Assembly: GCA_002245135.1 (NCBI GenBank)
Contig: NGBS01000036.1
Span: 1 to 64,000, forward strand
Length of the DNA stretch: 64,000 nucleotides
Direction: 5' to 3'
Source: Proteromonas lacertae
Lineage: Eukaryota
The notes beneath the pieces were generated by a model. The model did no database searches. It was not told the DNA's origin and was given only the letters and a program-made list of their open reading frames with translations. Shown one piece after another: positions 1 through 11,010 of this stretch; the stretch's first letter is position 1, and each line of letters opens with the position of its first letter. The translations under genes and the position numbers were made by a program.

Positions 1-463
1 TCTAATTTCTCAAGCCTTTTATAATGTCATTAAACTTGACATTTGCCAAACATCAAACTTGTTTTTTGATAAAAAAAGTGTTATAAACTCGTTATTTGAC
101 AGATAAACTTCATTTTTAAAAATATAGATATAAATAATTACTGTCAATCTAATTAGTCTAGAAGTTATAAACCATTTTATAGATTATGTCTCATTTAGAG
201 GTAAAGGAGTACTTTAAAATTATATTTGATCTTAGTTCCTAATTCTATTTGAATGTGTAATGTTATTTAATTATAATAAGAGCAGCAGTTGTTATTTTCT
301 ATTAGTTATAAGTAATACTCTCCAAGATAAGAAAGTTTGACTCGAATTTAATAGGACTTACATACTTTACTCAAACTGGCTTGAAACTTTTTTAATTTAA
401 CACCTTTTTTCTTTTCATTTTTTTTTATGATAGAGTTTGAATCAAAAGTTAATATTTTGTGTA

Positions 464-655
464 ATATATGTATAACCGTAAGAATATCACTGTAGGTGGG
501 TAAACCGTACCAGACTATTCTTAGGTGCCTTCTACAGGTAAGAATAAGCGATTTGAGTGTAAATTAGTTTTTGGTACGGGTTATACTGGAGCAAGTGGTG
601 AATTTAAATTTCTTTATATATTTTTGTGTATGAGTAATTTTATGGGTTAAAATTT
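464..655 (+). repeat. Left TIR of element 1
   Basis: About 145 bp near-identical reverse complement of 9878-10022, with weaker similarity extending to about 655 / 9830. Confidence 0.95.
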
Positions 656-728
656 TTTCTTTTGTTTTTTGTATATAATTTCATTTAACTTTTTCTTATT
701 GTTATTTATCAATCATAATTTCAAAAAA

Positions 729-869
729 ATGTCAAGAATTTGGATCGAGAATGTTAATATAGAAGATAGAAATAAGGGTGAAGATGAAGAATTTGAAAGA
801 ATCTGTGCAATCATTGAAAGTGAAGTAGCTAGAATAGTAGCTCAACCACCACCACATCACCTTCAGTAG
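729..869 (+). CDS. Small viral hypothetical protein (MSRIWIEN...)
   Basis: ATG after an A-run, acidic protein-like composition, first ORF inside the TIR. Confidence 0.4.
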   Translation: MSRIWIENVNIEDRNKGEDEEFERICAIIESEVARIVAQPPPHHLQ

Positions 870-871
870 TA

Positions 872-1081
872 ATGTGGTATACATCTGATACAGCTGATGA
901 GGATGATAGAAAGTATGAAGAATGGCGTGCAATTCATAAACCAACTAGAGTAGCACTAGCAACTATACGTCCTAGAAAATGGGTTGATCCTGAAGAAGAG
1001 CGCAGAAAAACAAAGATGTTAAAGCGTTATGGCATTGATGAAAAAAACATCATTGAAGAAAGACTAAGATTTCATAACTAA
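872..1081 (+). CDS. Small viral hypothetical protein
   Basis: 69-aa charged ORF in tandem with its neighbours. Confidence 0.5.
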   Translation: MWYTSDTADEDDRKYEEWRAIHKPTRVALATIRPRKWVDPEEERRKTKMLKRYGIDEKNIIEERLRFHN

Positions 1082-1208
1082 TTCTTAAATCATTGGTTTT
1101 AATTGAATTTTTGTATTTGATTGGCTGAATAGAAATAAACATAATATTACATAATTCTTTTCATTCGTAAATTTCTTGCGATTTTTGAAATAATTTACAT
1201 AAATTAAT

Positions 1209-1790
1209 ATGAGTGATTTACAAAATGAACTCGATGCTAGTATTGAAAAACACTTACAAAAAGGTGAAATGTATGAGAATGATATGTCTGAAGTAAAATC
1301 ATTAATCATTAAAGTATTTAAGGATATGCTGGATGGTATGTATTCTGTGATTGAAGAGTATGAAGATGATCCAGAATGGAGTGAACAACCAGGTGATGAT
1401 ATTGATATAACAATGGAAGAAGAAGAAGTGAAGGAAGAAAACAAAGCGAATCTAAACCTAAAAAAAGAAAGGATATAACAAAGTCAGATTCAGATTCACA
1501 GATATGCAGTACTTGTGGTAAGAAGAAAGCTAATGATGAATTTGGTTATAAGAGTGAAGGTGTATTCTATAAATCTTGTACAGAGTGTAGAAATAAAAGA
1601 AGAGAAGATATGAAGAAGTAAAGAAAGGAAGTGATAATAGTGGAGAAGATAAGAAGCGTAAAGTAGAGAATAGTTCCACTGCCGAGGGTCGACCAAAGGT
1701 AGATATTGCTAAAGTAGAAACACCTACAAGTTCTATCCCGGGGGTAGCTACAGTAGATCTAACTACATCACCTACTTGTATAATTAATTA
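1209..1790 (+). pseudogene. Frameshifted gene with a CxxC-x-CxxC zinc ribbon
   Basis: ORF 1209-1478 continues in another frame as ...ICSTCGKKKANDEFGYKSEGVFYKSCTECR (about 1502-1591), then in another frame to a TAA near 1790. Confidence 0.55.
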
Positions 1791-2423
1791 ACTTTTGGTT
1801 TAAAATTCATTTTTATATTTCTATGCGTTTTTATATATAAATAATTTCACATAATATGCCATATAATACATCTATAGTTATGTTAGGTGATATGAAAGAT
1901 ACTTTAAATGGTTTGAAACAAGAACTGTATATTTTATTAGGTTGGTGTAGTTCTATGGGTTCTTTATAAATGCAAGAGAATATGTGCGTGGTGTTATCAT
2001 AAAGCCTGTCCTCCAGAATTAAGTGAAATATTAGCTGAGCCAGAACCTGCTGTTCAATTAGCATTAAGAAAATCTACTATTGTTTCTGCTATTCCATTTA
2101 CTTTAACACCTGAAAATAGTAGAAATAAATTCTAGAAATGTTAGTGATAACGAAGATGAAGAGCAATTAGAAACAGAAATAGAAATTATTCCTATTAATA
2201 AACCTGAGATTGAAATTCAAAAACCAATCATAAATATTTAATTTTATATATAGTCTTTTTTCGTATTTGATTTTGAAAGTTGTTTTTTTGTACCCCCTTA
2301 AATATTACATAAAGAAAAAACCGTTTTTTTTTCATTCACACTTTTCTTACTCATTTTCAGTATTTTATATTTTTCATTTTTTTACTTTAATAGAAAATTA
2401 ATTATTCAATCATTCAATCAAAA

Positions 2424-3593
2424 ATGCCAGCAGACAGAGTCAAACAACCAACCAATTCAGAATTATGCTCCCAGCTCCCATTAAAGGGACAGGCTTATGA
2501 GTTCTATCAGAAAGTGAGTCGTAACATCCAGCATTTAAAGACATTTTGCGACGAAATGTATATTCAAAGTTTGGCTTATGATGACAGCAAAAAATCAAAG
2601 AAAAAACAAAGTCCACCACAATTCAACTATATCGAATTAGAGAAGTCAGCTACAGCAGTTTATTATTGCTTTTCATGTAAGTTTGATAATCAGAAGTTAA
2701 TTCCCATTAAACATCTAGAGACATTAGATCAAAATGAGTATATGAATTTATACTTTAGTGACGATGAGATGAAGAGTATAGTAAAACCAAATGTAAAACC
2801 GATTAAACCTTTTATTCAACCTCAGTTAAAACAACAACAACCACAACAAGAACCACCACCACCAACTGTACCTCAAAAACCTAAAAGAGTTTATAAAAGA
2901 AGAACTGATACTGTAAAGAAACCTAAAACAAAAGCAGTTATTGATAGTGATGATGAATTAATTCATTTAAAGAAAAGAAAGATTGTTAAGGATTCTGATT
3001 TTGTTGATGAACCAATGGGTATAATTGTGAAAGATACTGAATCAAGAACATCTGCTGATGATTTATTAAGTAGCCAAAGTCCTACCTTTACACCTCCAAT
3101 GTCACCAAGGTCTGATACTACACTTCTTGATGTTACTGATATTGATATGCTGGATGCTGAATTGAAATATTTTAATGCTGAATTAACTAAAAAAGATGAA
3201 GAAAAACAAAAAGAGATAGAAGAGAAAATTAAACATCAAGATGCAGAGAGAAAGAAACAAGAAGATGAAGAAAAAAAGAAAAAACAACAAGAAGAAGAAA
3301 GAGTTAGAAAAGTACAAGAAGAAGCAGAGAGAAAAAGAAAACAAGAAGAAGCAGAAAAGAAAAGAAAAGAAGAATTAGTGGTTATTAGAATGCTTCAAGA
3401 AGAAGAGAATATGAGACAACAAGAAGAGTTAAGAAAGAAATGGGTATTAGAACAAAAGAGACAAATGGAAGAAAAGATGAAAAAAGAAAACGATGAATTA
3501 GAAAAGAAAATGGAAGAAGAGTTTAAGAAGAGAATAGAAGAAGAGAAAAGAAAGAAAGCTGAAGAGTTTGAGAAGATAATGAAGAACTTATAA
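2424..3593 (+). CDS. Viral hypothetical protein with Q/P-rich linker and long E/K/R coiled-coil C-terminus
   Basis: 389-aa uninterrupted ORF. Confidence 0.75.
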   Translation: MPADRVKQPTNSELCSQLPLKGQAYEFYQKVSRNIQHLKTFCDEMYIQSLAYDDSKKSKKKQSPPQFNYIELEKSATAVYYCFSCKFDNQKLIPIKHLETLDQNEYMNLYFSDDEMKSIVKPNVKPIKPFIQPQLKQQQPQQEPPPPTVPQKPKRVYKRRTDTVKKPKTKAVIDSDDELIHLKKRKIVKDSDFVDEPMGIIVKDTESRTSADDLLSSQSPTFTPPMSPRSDTTLLDVTDIDMLDAELKYFNAELTKKDEEKQKEIEEKIKHQDAERKKQEDEEKKKKQQEEERVRKVQEEAERKRKQEEAEKKRKEELVVIRMLQEEENMRQQEELRKKWVLEQKRQMEEKMKKENDELEKKMEEEFKKRIEEEKRKKAEEFEKIMKNL

Positions 3594-3734
3594 GTATTAA
3601 TATATATACTTTAAATTTGTCTGGTTTATGCTTTAATCCATATACTTGAAAAAGCACTTTGAATTCAGTACTTTGATAAAAATTGGTGTTTGTTTAATAT
3701 GTAAAAAAATAACATAAATAAAAAACATAAAAAA

Positions 3735-4895
3735 TTATACGAAATCATTAAATAGCGAATTTTTCTTATATACTCTACCATATCTACTTTTTCTACCTTC
3801 TGGTACTGGTTGAATATCTGGTTCTATAGGTTGTGCTTCATTGTTTATACTATGAATTTGTCTTAATCTAAACTTGCCATTTGTTGTAATACTATTAACT
3901 GGTACTCTTTTAATTTCATGAGATTTGAATCTATATGAACCTATATCTCTAGGATTGAATTCTCTAGGTATTGTTCCATCCAAGTTCTTAACAGAATATG
4001 AAAATGGTCCAACTTTGTGTATTTGGTATACTTTATCTGTATAATAAGTAGTTTTTTGAAGTTTGTTATCTCTACGTTCCTTTATTCTGACAAAATCATC
4101 AGCTTTAAAATGAGTATCACTTTTACGCTTCTTTAAGTTTCTAGCATGGGATTCTTTATACAATCTATCTTGGACTTCAAAATCATTGAATACTTCATTT
4201 GGAGTTAGATTATTGAGTGCAGAATGTGGTTTTGCATTGTAATCATCTACAACAGTATATACTATATTACACAATGATTCAATATTGTTAATTTTATCAA
4301 ATTCTTCATCAGAAAATGTATTAATTTTTCTATAAAACATATCTTTAATAGTTCTCACACATCGATCCAATATTTTCATTATATTATGTTCATTACGTTC
4401 TTTAAGTATAAATCGTATATGATTTTTATTAAACAAATCTAAAAATTTCTTACCATAGATAATACCAGACTCTTCATCTGACAATATACTTCCTACAAAA
4501 CGAGCGTTTTCATCCTTAGGTTGCATACCCTGATAAAACCATTTTTCAAACACTGGATATACATCATTTTCTGATTTAGATTTAACATAATATATCCAAC
4601 ACTTACGACTAACAACTTCTATAATTAACAAAAATGGAACTTTTGTATTGTTGAAAAACACCAAATCTATTTGATATGACCCAGGTAACTTTTCAATTTC
4701 ATATTTAATTCTATTCCTTTTAGTTGCAGTGATTTGATAATCTGGTTTAGACTCTACAAGTTCACTACTAGCTTTTTTAATGTCAGATTTTTTAAAGTTA
4801 TTCTCAAGTTCATTTACAGAGAAATTAATAAAGTCTCGTTTGTTTAAATAACCATATGTTTTGTATAACTCATTTATTTTATCTTGTAGTGACAT
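3735..4895 (-). CDS. Retroviral-like (rve) integrase, Polinton/Maverick type
   Basis: YQIDLVF, ILSDEES and ILDRCVRTIK catalytic motifs; YNAKPHSAL..TP; C-terminal FKADDFVRIK SH3-like region. Confidence 0.92.
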   Translation of the reverse strand: MSLQDKINELYKTYGYLNKRDFINFSVNELENNFKKSDIKKASSELVESKPDYQITATKRNRIKYEIEKLPGSYQIDLVFFNNTKVPFLLIIEVVSRKCWIYYVKSKSENDVYPVFEKWFYQGMQPKDENARFVGSILSDEESGIIYGKKFLDLFNKNHIRFILKERNEHNIMKILDRCVRTIKDMFYRKINTFSDEEFDKINNIESLCNIVYTVVDDYNAKPHSALNNLTPNEVFNDFEVQDRLYKESHARNLKKRKSDTHFKADDFVRIKERRDNKLQKTTYYTDKVYQIHKVGPFSYSVKNLDGTIPREFNPRDIGSYRFKSHEIKRVPVNSITTNGKFRLRQIHSINNEAQPIEPDIQPVPEGRKSRYGRVYKKNSLFNDFV

Positions 4896-4960
4896 TCAAA
4901 CAATATATAAAAAATATGAATGATATATATTTAAAGAATTAATGAATTAAAATAATTAAA

Positions 4961-5587
4961 TCATTCTTCTACCTCTCCCAAATCCTTATCACTTAAAGCG
5001 TTACCAAAGTTAATAGACTTAGCAGCACTAATAAAACCATTACTAATTACTTTCTTAGCAGGGAATGGTCTACGAGTACTAATTAAATCACTATCTTCTA
5101 TCTTAGTTCTCTTAATTCTTGGAGGTGAAACAAATTTGTTTTGATTAGCTTGTTCTTTCTTAATTTTCTTCTCATTACTTCTTCTAATAGTTGTAGCTAA
5201 ATCAGGATTTTCATCATAACCAACAATATCACTACAAACTCTATGATTAACAAAGTTTTGAGTACCATTACTCTTAATAGAGATTTGATTATCAACAACA
5301 CTTACAGCAATTTTACTACCAACATCAACATCAGATGGAACTCTATAGTTACTATTATCCCATATCATAATAGAATTGAAATTGTGGAAGTATTTAATAC
5401 CATGTTGAGGTTCTCTACATCCTACACTAATCAAATATCCACGAATGATTTTTTCTATAAAGTCATTCTCGTTTCTATCATAAATTTGTTTCAATACATA
5501 TTTCACTTCATCAGCTGAATATGTTTCAAAATCTCTTCCATTATTAATTACAACTTTATGATCCAAATCATGAACAAAAGTAATCAA
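4961..5587 (-). CDS. Viral hypothetical protein (start uncertain)
   Basis: 208-aa ORF; the frame extends upstream as WIIKGTVESITVKPTKTSQYVL, faintly OB-fold-like. Confidence 0.55.
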   Translation of the reverse strand: MITFVHDLDHKVVINNGRDFETYSADEVKYVLKQIYDRNENDFIEKIIRGYLISVGCREPQHGIKYFHNFNSIMIWDNSNYRVPSDVDVGSKIAVSVVDNQISIKSNGTQNFVNHRVCSDIVGYDENPDLATTIRRSNEKKIKKEQANQNKFVSPPRIKRTKIEDSDLISTRRPFPAKKVISNGFISAAKSINFGNALSDKDLGEVEE

Positions 5588-5683
5588 TACATATTGACTA
5601 GTTTTAGTAGGCTTAACTGTAATACTCTCAACAGTTCCTTTAATAATCCACTATTTTTTGATTTTTAAAAAATAACATAAAAT

Positions 5684-7102
5684 ATGTCAATCACTGCTGT
5701 ACCTAATTCACAAAAACATGAAAGCATTGTGCCAGCTTATATACCTGTCTACAATCATATTTTAGTTACACCTAACCAAAGCAGAAATGAGACTGTTTTA
5801 TCTTTAAATTCAAACAGTGATGCTATTACATTTGAAATATCTGGTGATAATTGTGTTAATCTATCTAAAAGTTACTTTGAATTTGAATTAGATTATACTA
5901 CAGGTCAAAAAAGAGATCATGCAGATGCAGGTAAAGGACAATGGAAATTACCTATTACACCTGTAACTGATTCTACTACTGGTAAAATGTTAGATCATAT
6001 AAATTTAAGGAATTCAATGAATTTTGGAACTATCAAAGTATACAATAAAACTGGAACACTTCTATGTGATTTAGATAGTAGTTATAATGAATATCGAGAT
6101 TTAGCTCATCAAATTGCTAACCAGTATCCTTATGATATAAAAGATTATCATTATTATGAATATTTATTTGATGGCTTACGCATTAGAAATAATAAAATAG
6201 CTGAAACAACTATATGTAATTCTAATTCTACTTTAAATGCAAATGGAGGTGTTTGGAATTATTGGGAAGAAATGGGAACAACAGAAGATATATTACATGG
6301 AAAACTATACTGTAGATTTCATTTTGCAGATTTCTATAATACCATATTAGCTTTGAAGAATGATATTTATTTTGGTGAAGTCATTTATATTCAATTCACA
6401 TTTGCTCCTATAATGAATTGGATTCATCATAGCAATGGTTCTGTTTGGATTAATTCATGGCAACAGCATGTAGGAATGAAAATTATTAATCCTAGACTTT
6501 ACATTTGTTACAATAAAGATCCAACATGTAATGCTAATACCATTAATTATTCAACTCATCATCCTATTGACTTTACTGACTTTAATATAGTTCAAATCAC
6601 TAAAGATCCAATTCCAGGTAGTAATACTTTTAACTATAACTTCAGTATTAATAGTAGCATAGGAAGTTATGTTAAATATATATTATACAGAGCATATTAT
6701 AATGATGCATATAATAGAGATACTATTCCTTTTGATCAAGATCAAGATAGAATAAGATGGCAAATTAATGATTTCGTTTATACACCTGATTATTTATATC
6801 CTGCAAAATATCAGACATGGGAATATATGAGAAATATTATTCAAAATACAATATTTGATAAATGTAATACATTATCATTTCCCAATTCATTTTTTGATGT
6901 TCTAAATTTCAGTACTGATCGATTAACTGAATTAAAATTAAGAGCTGGTAAAGACTTAGCAAGTGATTTAAAAATTACTTTGGATTGCTCAAATCAACGA
7001 TTTGATGCTAATCATAATCCATATACAATTCATCATAAGTTCTACATAATTACTGGTAAACAATTGATTATTGGACCAAGAGGTGTTGAAAAGGTAGTAT
7101 AA
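5684..7102 (+). CDS. Polinton/PLV-type major capsid protein (double jelly-roll)
   Basis: ITFEISGDNCVNLSKSYFEFEL matches the Polinton MCP N-terminal motif; 472 aa, beta-rich, directly upstream of the packaging ATPase; homologous to 31189-32670. Confidence 0.8.
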   Translation: MSITAVPNSQKHESIVPAYIPVYNHILVTPNQSRNETVLSLNSNSDAITFEISGDNCVNLSKSYFEFELDYTTGQKRDHADAGKGQWKLPITPVTDSTTGKMLDHINLRNSMNFGTIKVYNKTGTLLCDLDSSYNEYRDLAHQIANQYPYDIKDYHYYEYLFDGLRIRNNKIAETTICNSNSTLNANGGVWNYWEEMGTTEDILHGKLYCRFHFADFYNTILALKNDIYFGEVIYIQFTFAPIMNWIHHSNGSVWINSWQQHVGMKIINPRLYICYNKDPTCNANTINYSTHHPIDFTDFNIVQITKDPIPGSNTFNYNFSINSSIGSYVKYILYRAYYNDAYNRDTIPFDQDQDRIRWQINDFVYTPDYLYPAKYQTWEYMRNIIQNTIFDKCNTLSFPNSFFDVLNFSTDRLTELKLRAGKDLASDLKITLDCSNQRFDANHNPYTIHHKFYIITGKQLIIGPRGVEKVV

Positions 7103-7172
7103 GTAATAATACTTTATTATTGACTTCTATTTTTATTTTTTGATTTCTCACTACATAATATATACACACACT

Positions 7173-7934
7173 ATGTTTAAATTTGAAAAAATAAATAATA
7201 TACAAATTGAACCTGTTGATGGTGGTGAGTCTTTTGATCCTAAGAAAATTCTGGGATATGATTACTTTAATGAGCCTTTCTGCAATATATTTATTGTAGC
7301 TCGTAAGAACAGTGGGAAAACTACTTTGATATACAATATATTAAGACATATTATAGATCCAAAATATAAGAAAAAACAACATGTACATTTTTTCGTAGGT
7401 ACAATTAAACAAGATAGGATATATGATTCAATTAAAGAGTTATTAGATTATAATGAAATTAGTTATGATGAAAACGATTCATTATTTGAACCTTATTCAG
7501 GAGATAATTTAGTAGAGAAGTTAATGAAATCAATTGATGATACAAACAAAGATAATTTTGAGTATGCAGAACATATTATAATATTTGATGATCTTAGTTT
7601 AGAGTTGAAAACAGCTAATATCATACCAGTATTAATGAAAGAAAATAGACATTTAAAATCAAAAATTATAATTAGTAGTCAATATATTACTGATATAGTA
7701 CCTTCAGCAAGATCACAAGTAGATTATTGTTTAACATTTTATGGATTGAGTAATAGAAATTTGTTTGACTTATACAACTCATTGAATATATGGATACCTG
7801 AATATGAAACATTTAAAGAGTTATATTTAGCTGTTACTAAGCCACAATATAACTTCTTATATATTGATAATGTTAAAAAAGTGTTTAGAGCTAACTTTAA
7901 TATTTTGATTGAAGATCATTCTGAAGTTTCTTGA
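7173..7934 (+). CDS. A32/FtsK-like DNA packaging ATPase
   Basis: Walker A ARKNSGKT, Walker B IIIFDD, NRH motif, IISSQY...ARSQ. Confidence 0.92.
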   Translation: MFKFEKINNIQIEPVDGGESFDPKKILGYDYFNEPFCNIFIVARKNSGKTTLIYNILRHIIDPKYKKKQHVHFFVGTIKQDRIYDSIKELLDYNEISYDENDSLFEPYSGDNLVEKLMKSIDDTNKDNFEYAEHIIIFDDLSLELKTANIIPVLMKENRHLKSKIIISSQYITDIVPSARSQVDYCLTFYGLSNRNLFDLYNSLNIWIPEYETFKELYLAVTKPQYNFLYIDNVKKVFRANFNILIEDHSEVS

Positions 7935-7978
7935 TGTTTTTATTAATTTTGTTATTTTATTGTTTATTAATTCAAAAA

Positions 7979-8764
7979 ATGTTTATTGGGGAACGAAATA
8001 CTTCAGATATAAATATTGATACAGATAAGCTTGCTAAAGATATAGCTGACAAAATAAATATACAACCTACTGATCCTGATACTATTGTTAAACCTATTAA
8101 TAATCATACTGATACTCAAATAAATAATATTATTACACCTGTTAATGATATCAAAACTACTACAAATACTATATATGGTAAATGTCAAGAAATATATAAT
8201 GTTGTAAATAATAGCTCTGGAGGTAGTACTACAATAGTTAATAATTCTGTATCACCTAAATTATTGCATACTGAATATACATATTGGTCAGTTAATTTCT
8301 ATATATTTCAAGATGGTTCCATCAATCAATATGAATCTACTGTAAAAGTACCTATAAAAATTCAAATGTTTGAACATTTTATGAGAATCAAGATATACAA
8401 TGGCCTTGTTTTAAAAAATCATGATGATGGTTATGGATTTATATTATATCTAGATGACAATCATGTTATTAAAGCTGAACCAGGTAAAGAAGATTTATTG
8501 CAACAATATTATAACAAATTATTAGAAACATACTTTGTAGATGGTAGTAATGGAATATACTTCCCTATACAAGGTGTAATAAATGAAACTTCACAACCTG
8601 CAATTAATGATTATGGATGTTTTTGGCCTATATTAAGAAATAATAATAATAAATGTAATCTTTATATAGAACGAAAAGGTCTTGATGCATATTCATATCA
8701 AGCATTCCCACCTCAAGTTATTATAACAGAGTGGATGGATACAGGTGTTACAGAACCATTTTAA
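7979..8764 (+). CDS. Putative fibre/spike protein
   Basis: N-terminal heptad-like shaft, SSGGS linker and beta-rich C-terminal domain; same position after the ATPase as 29093-30214. Confidence 0.5.
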   Translation: MFIGERNTSDINIDTDKLAKDIADKINIQPTDPDTIVKPINNHTDTQINNIITPVNDIKTTTNTIYGKCQEIYNVVNNSSGGSTTIVNNSVSPKLLHTEYTYWSVNFYIFQDGSINQYESTVKVPIKIQMFEHFMRIKIYNGLVLKNHDDGYGFILYLDDNHVIKAEPGKEDLLQQYYNKLLETYFVDGSNGIYFPIQGVINETSQPAINDYGCFWPILRNNNNKCNLYIERKGLDAYSYQAFPPQVIITEWMDTGVTEPF

Positions 8765-8899
8765 TCTTTATTATGATTATTTTATTATGTTTATTATAAA
8801 ATTTATTATATTTTTATTATATTATATGATTTTTATTAAATTACGCATATTTTTAAACCCTGTCCCAAATCATTTTAAGATAAAGATTCGTTTTAAAAT

Positions 8900-9379
8900 T
8901 TAGAGTATGTTTATCGTAGTTTGATCATTGTTTCCTTTAACTTCTTCTTGTGCTTCTTCTTCCTCATCATCATCACTATCATCAAATATATAATTCTTCT
9001 TTACATAATGTTTCAACATAGGATTCTTCTTCAAATGAACACTTCCCATTCCTTCAGGTAGTGTTAACCATTCAATATACTTATCAAACACTGCAAAATA
9101 ATGTCTATTTAATCCTCTTGGTTTTACTGATGGTTTAATATCGAAAAGCATCATGTAATATCTCTTATCACTGTACTTTGTCCACATCTTTTGATGACAA
9201 ATAGCACAGAATTCATTATAAGACTTTATCTCTTCCTTAGGTAATGGACTATCTAAAACTGCACTTATATTATGGTTAAAATATAAGTAAAACTTACATG
9301 TTCCACATATACACTTATCTAAATAATCTTCATTATTTCTAAATGAACAAAAGAAAGCAAAGTTTACTGAAGCACACAT
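8900..9379 (-). CDS. Cys-rich viral hypothetical protein with acidic tail
   Basis: CICGTC and CAIC motifs, 159 aa. Confidence 0.6.
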   Translation of the reverse strand: MCASVNFAFFCSFRNNEDYLDKCICGTCKFYLYFNHNISAVLDSPLPKEEIKSYNEFCAICHQKMWTKYSDKRYYMMLFDIKPSVKPRGLNRHYFAVFDKYIEWLTLPEGMGSVHLKKNPMLKHYVKKNYIFDDSDDDEEEEAQEEVKGNNDQTTINIL

Positions 9380-9829
9380 ATTTTATATTTTTTTGATAAA
9401 AAACGGTTTTTTCAAAAATGCCAGGAAAATCAAAACTGTTTCTTTTTTCTGTTTATAACAACAGTTTCTCGTCAGAATTTCGATTTATTAAAAAATATAG
9501 AATACTGCAGATAATTCTTTAAATATATATTTTTGATACTATTTAAATTCTTTTGAATGTTTTTAACTACACTATATAAATCCATTATTAATTTGATAAA
9601 TGAAAAAAATAACTAAAAAAAAGTAAGAACGTATTCTGTAGCTTGGCCACCACACTATTTAATCACTAAGTCCTAGCTAGGCTACACAGGACACGCTACT
9701 TACTTACATAGAAATACATTTCTTATTATATAAAGTAGCTACCCTGCCGGGGTAGAACAGGTAGCTACCTTTCTATTTATACACTTTATTTCTACTATCC
9801 TACACTACAAACTATTAAAAACATAAAAA

Positions 9830-10022
9830 TAAATTTTAACCCATAAATTTATTCACACACTAAAATATATACACAATTTTAAATTCACCGCTTGCTCCAG
9901 TATAACCCGTACCAAAAACTAATTCACACTCAAATCGCTTATTCTTACCTGTAGAAGGCACCTAAGAATAGTCTGGTACGGTTTACCCACATACAGTGAT
10001 ATTCTTACGGTTATACATATAT
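9830..10022 (-). repeat. Right TIR of element 1
   Basis: Reverse complement of 464-655. Confidence 0.95.
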
Positions 10023-11010
10023 TGTGTAAGTATTGAGTTCATGTTATAGTTTGTATTTTGCTATATAAATCAAAAATAAATTTTTGATGCATTTATAATT
10101 TAGATGATATAGACAATTAAACTGCATATTCCATAACATATGTACATATTCAGAAGTAATACATACTTAAAACAATTATATGTTCTTCGAACTAAGTCTT
10201 ATTTTCAAATGCACTATCTTAATAGTTTTATGTTACTAATTATATGCAGTCATACAAAATATGCAAAATATGGTACATCATACAACAAACTAACATGTAT
10301 CTATCACGTACAAAAAGTACATTTGAATGCTGAAAGTAAATAAATCTTATTCACAGCAATATGCATATTTAATCCTTGAATTCATGAATATAGGCTAAAT
10401 AATGTTATAATCATAATAATTATAAAATTGAAAAAAAATAATGATTAAAACTCTTCAACATAAGCAATTATAAGTAAAAAAAATCTTCTAAAATTGATAT
10501 ATAAAAAATTATATTCTAATTATAATGTACACAAGAAGATAATTGGATAAATAAAAAATGAAAAAGTGATACAAAAGACAAATGTATTTGGTAATGTCAT
10601 AATTACCTAAAAAAGATGATGATGGCTATACTTTTATTTTCTATCATAATAATAGGTCATATAGCTTGGTGTGAAGATAGAGTATTTGGAGGTTTTACAA
10701 TAGAAATAAGAAGATATGTGATGAATGTAGATAGTGGATTTCGACAGTTGCATATGTTTCTTAACATTTAATCCACAAATGTAATAATAACAAGTGGATT
10801 TACAACGAATCAATTATTTATAAACATAACTAGTAAATGTTAGTAAATAAACCTTATGGTAATATATTTAGGTGTTAAGCATAATATAGATTGGTGTGGT
10901 ATTTTGAATATATGGAAATATATATTGTATCAGAATTATCCAATATAGTGTTTTTTTCACAATTCCATATGATTATCCAACAATACAAAAGATGGCATAT
11001 TATTAATTAA

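Larger units (their letters stand above)
464..10022. mobile_element. Endogenous Polinton-like virus, element 1 (9.56 kb, both ends present)
   Basis: Termini ATATATGTATAACCGTAAG...CTTACGGTTATACATATAT; flanking direct repeat TGTGTA at 458-463 and 10023-10028 (also readable as 8-bp TTGTGTAA); encodes integrase, MCP and packaging ATPase. Confidence 0.92.

Noticed and set aside
464..10022. Canonical virophage (Mavirus-like) call
   Set aside because: MCP length and motif fit the Polinton/PLV type; no cysteine protease or helicase seen; a phylogeny is needed to decide
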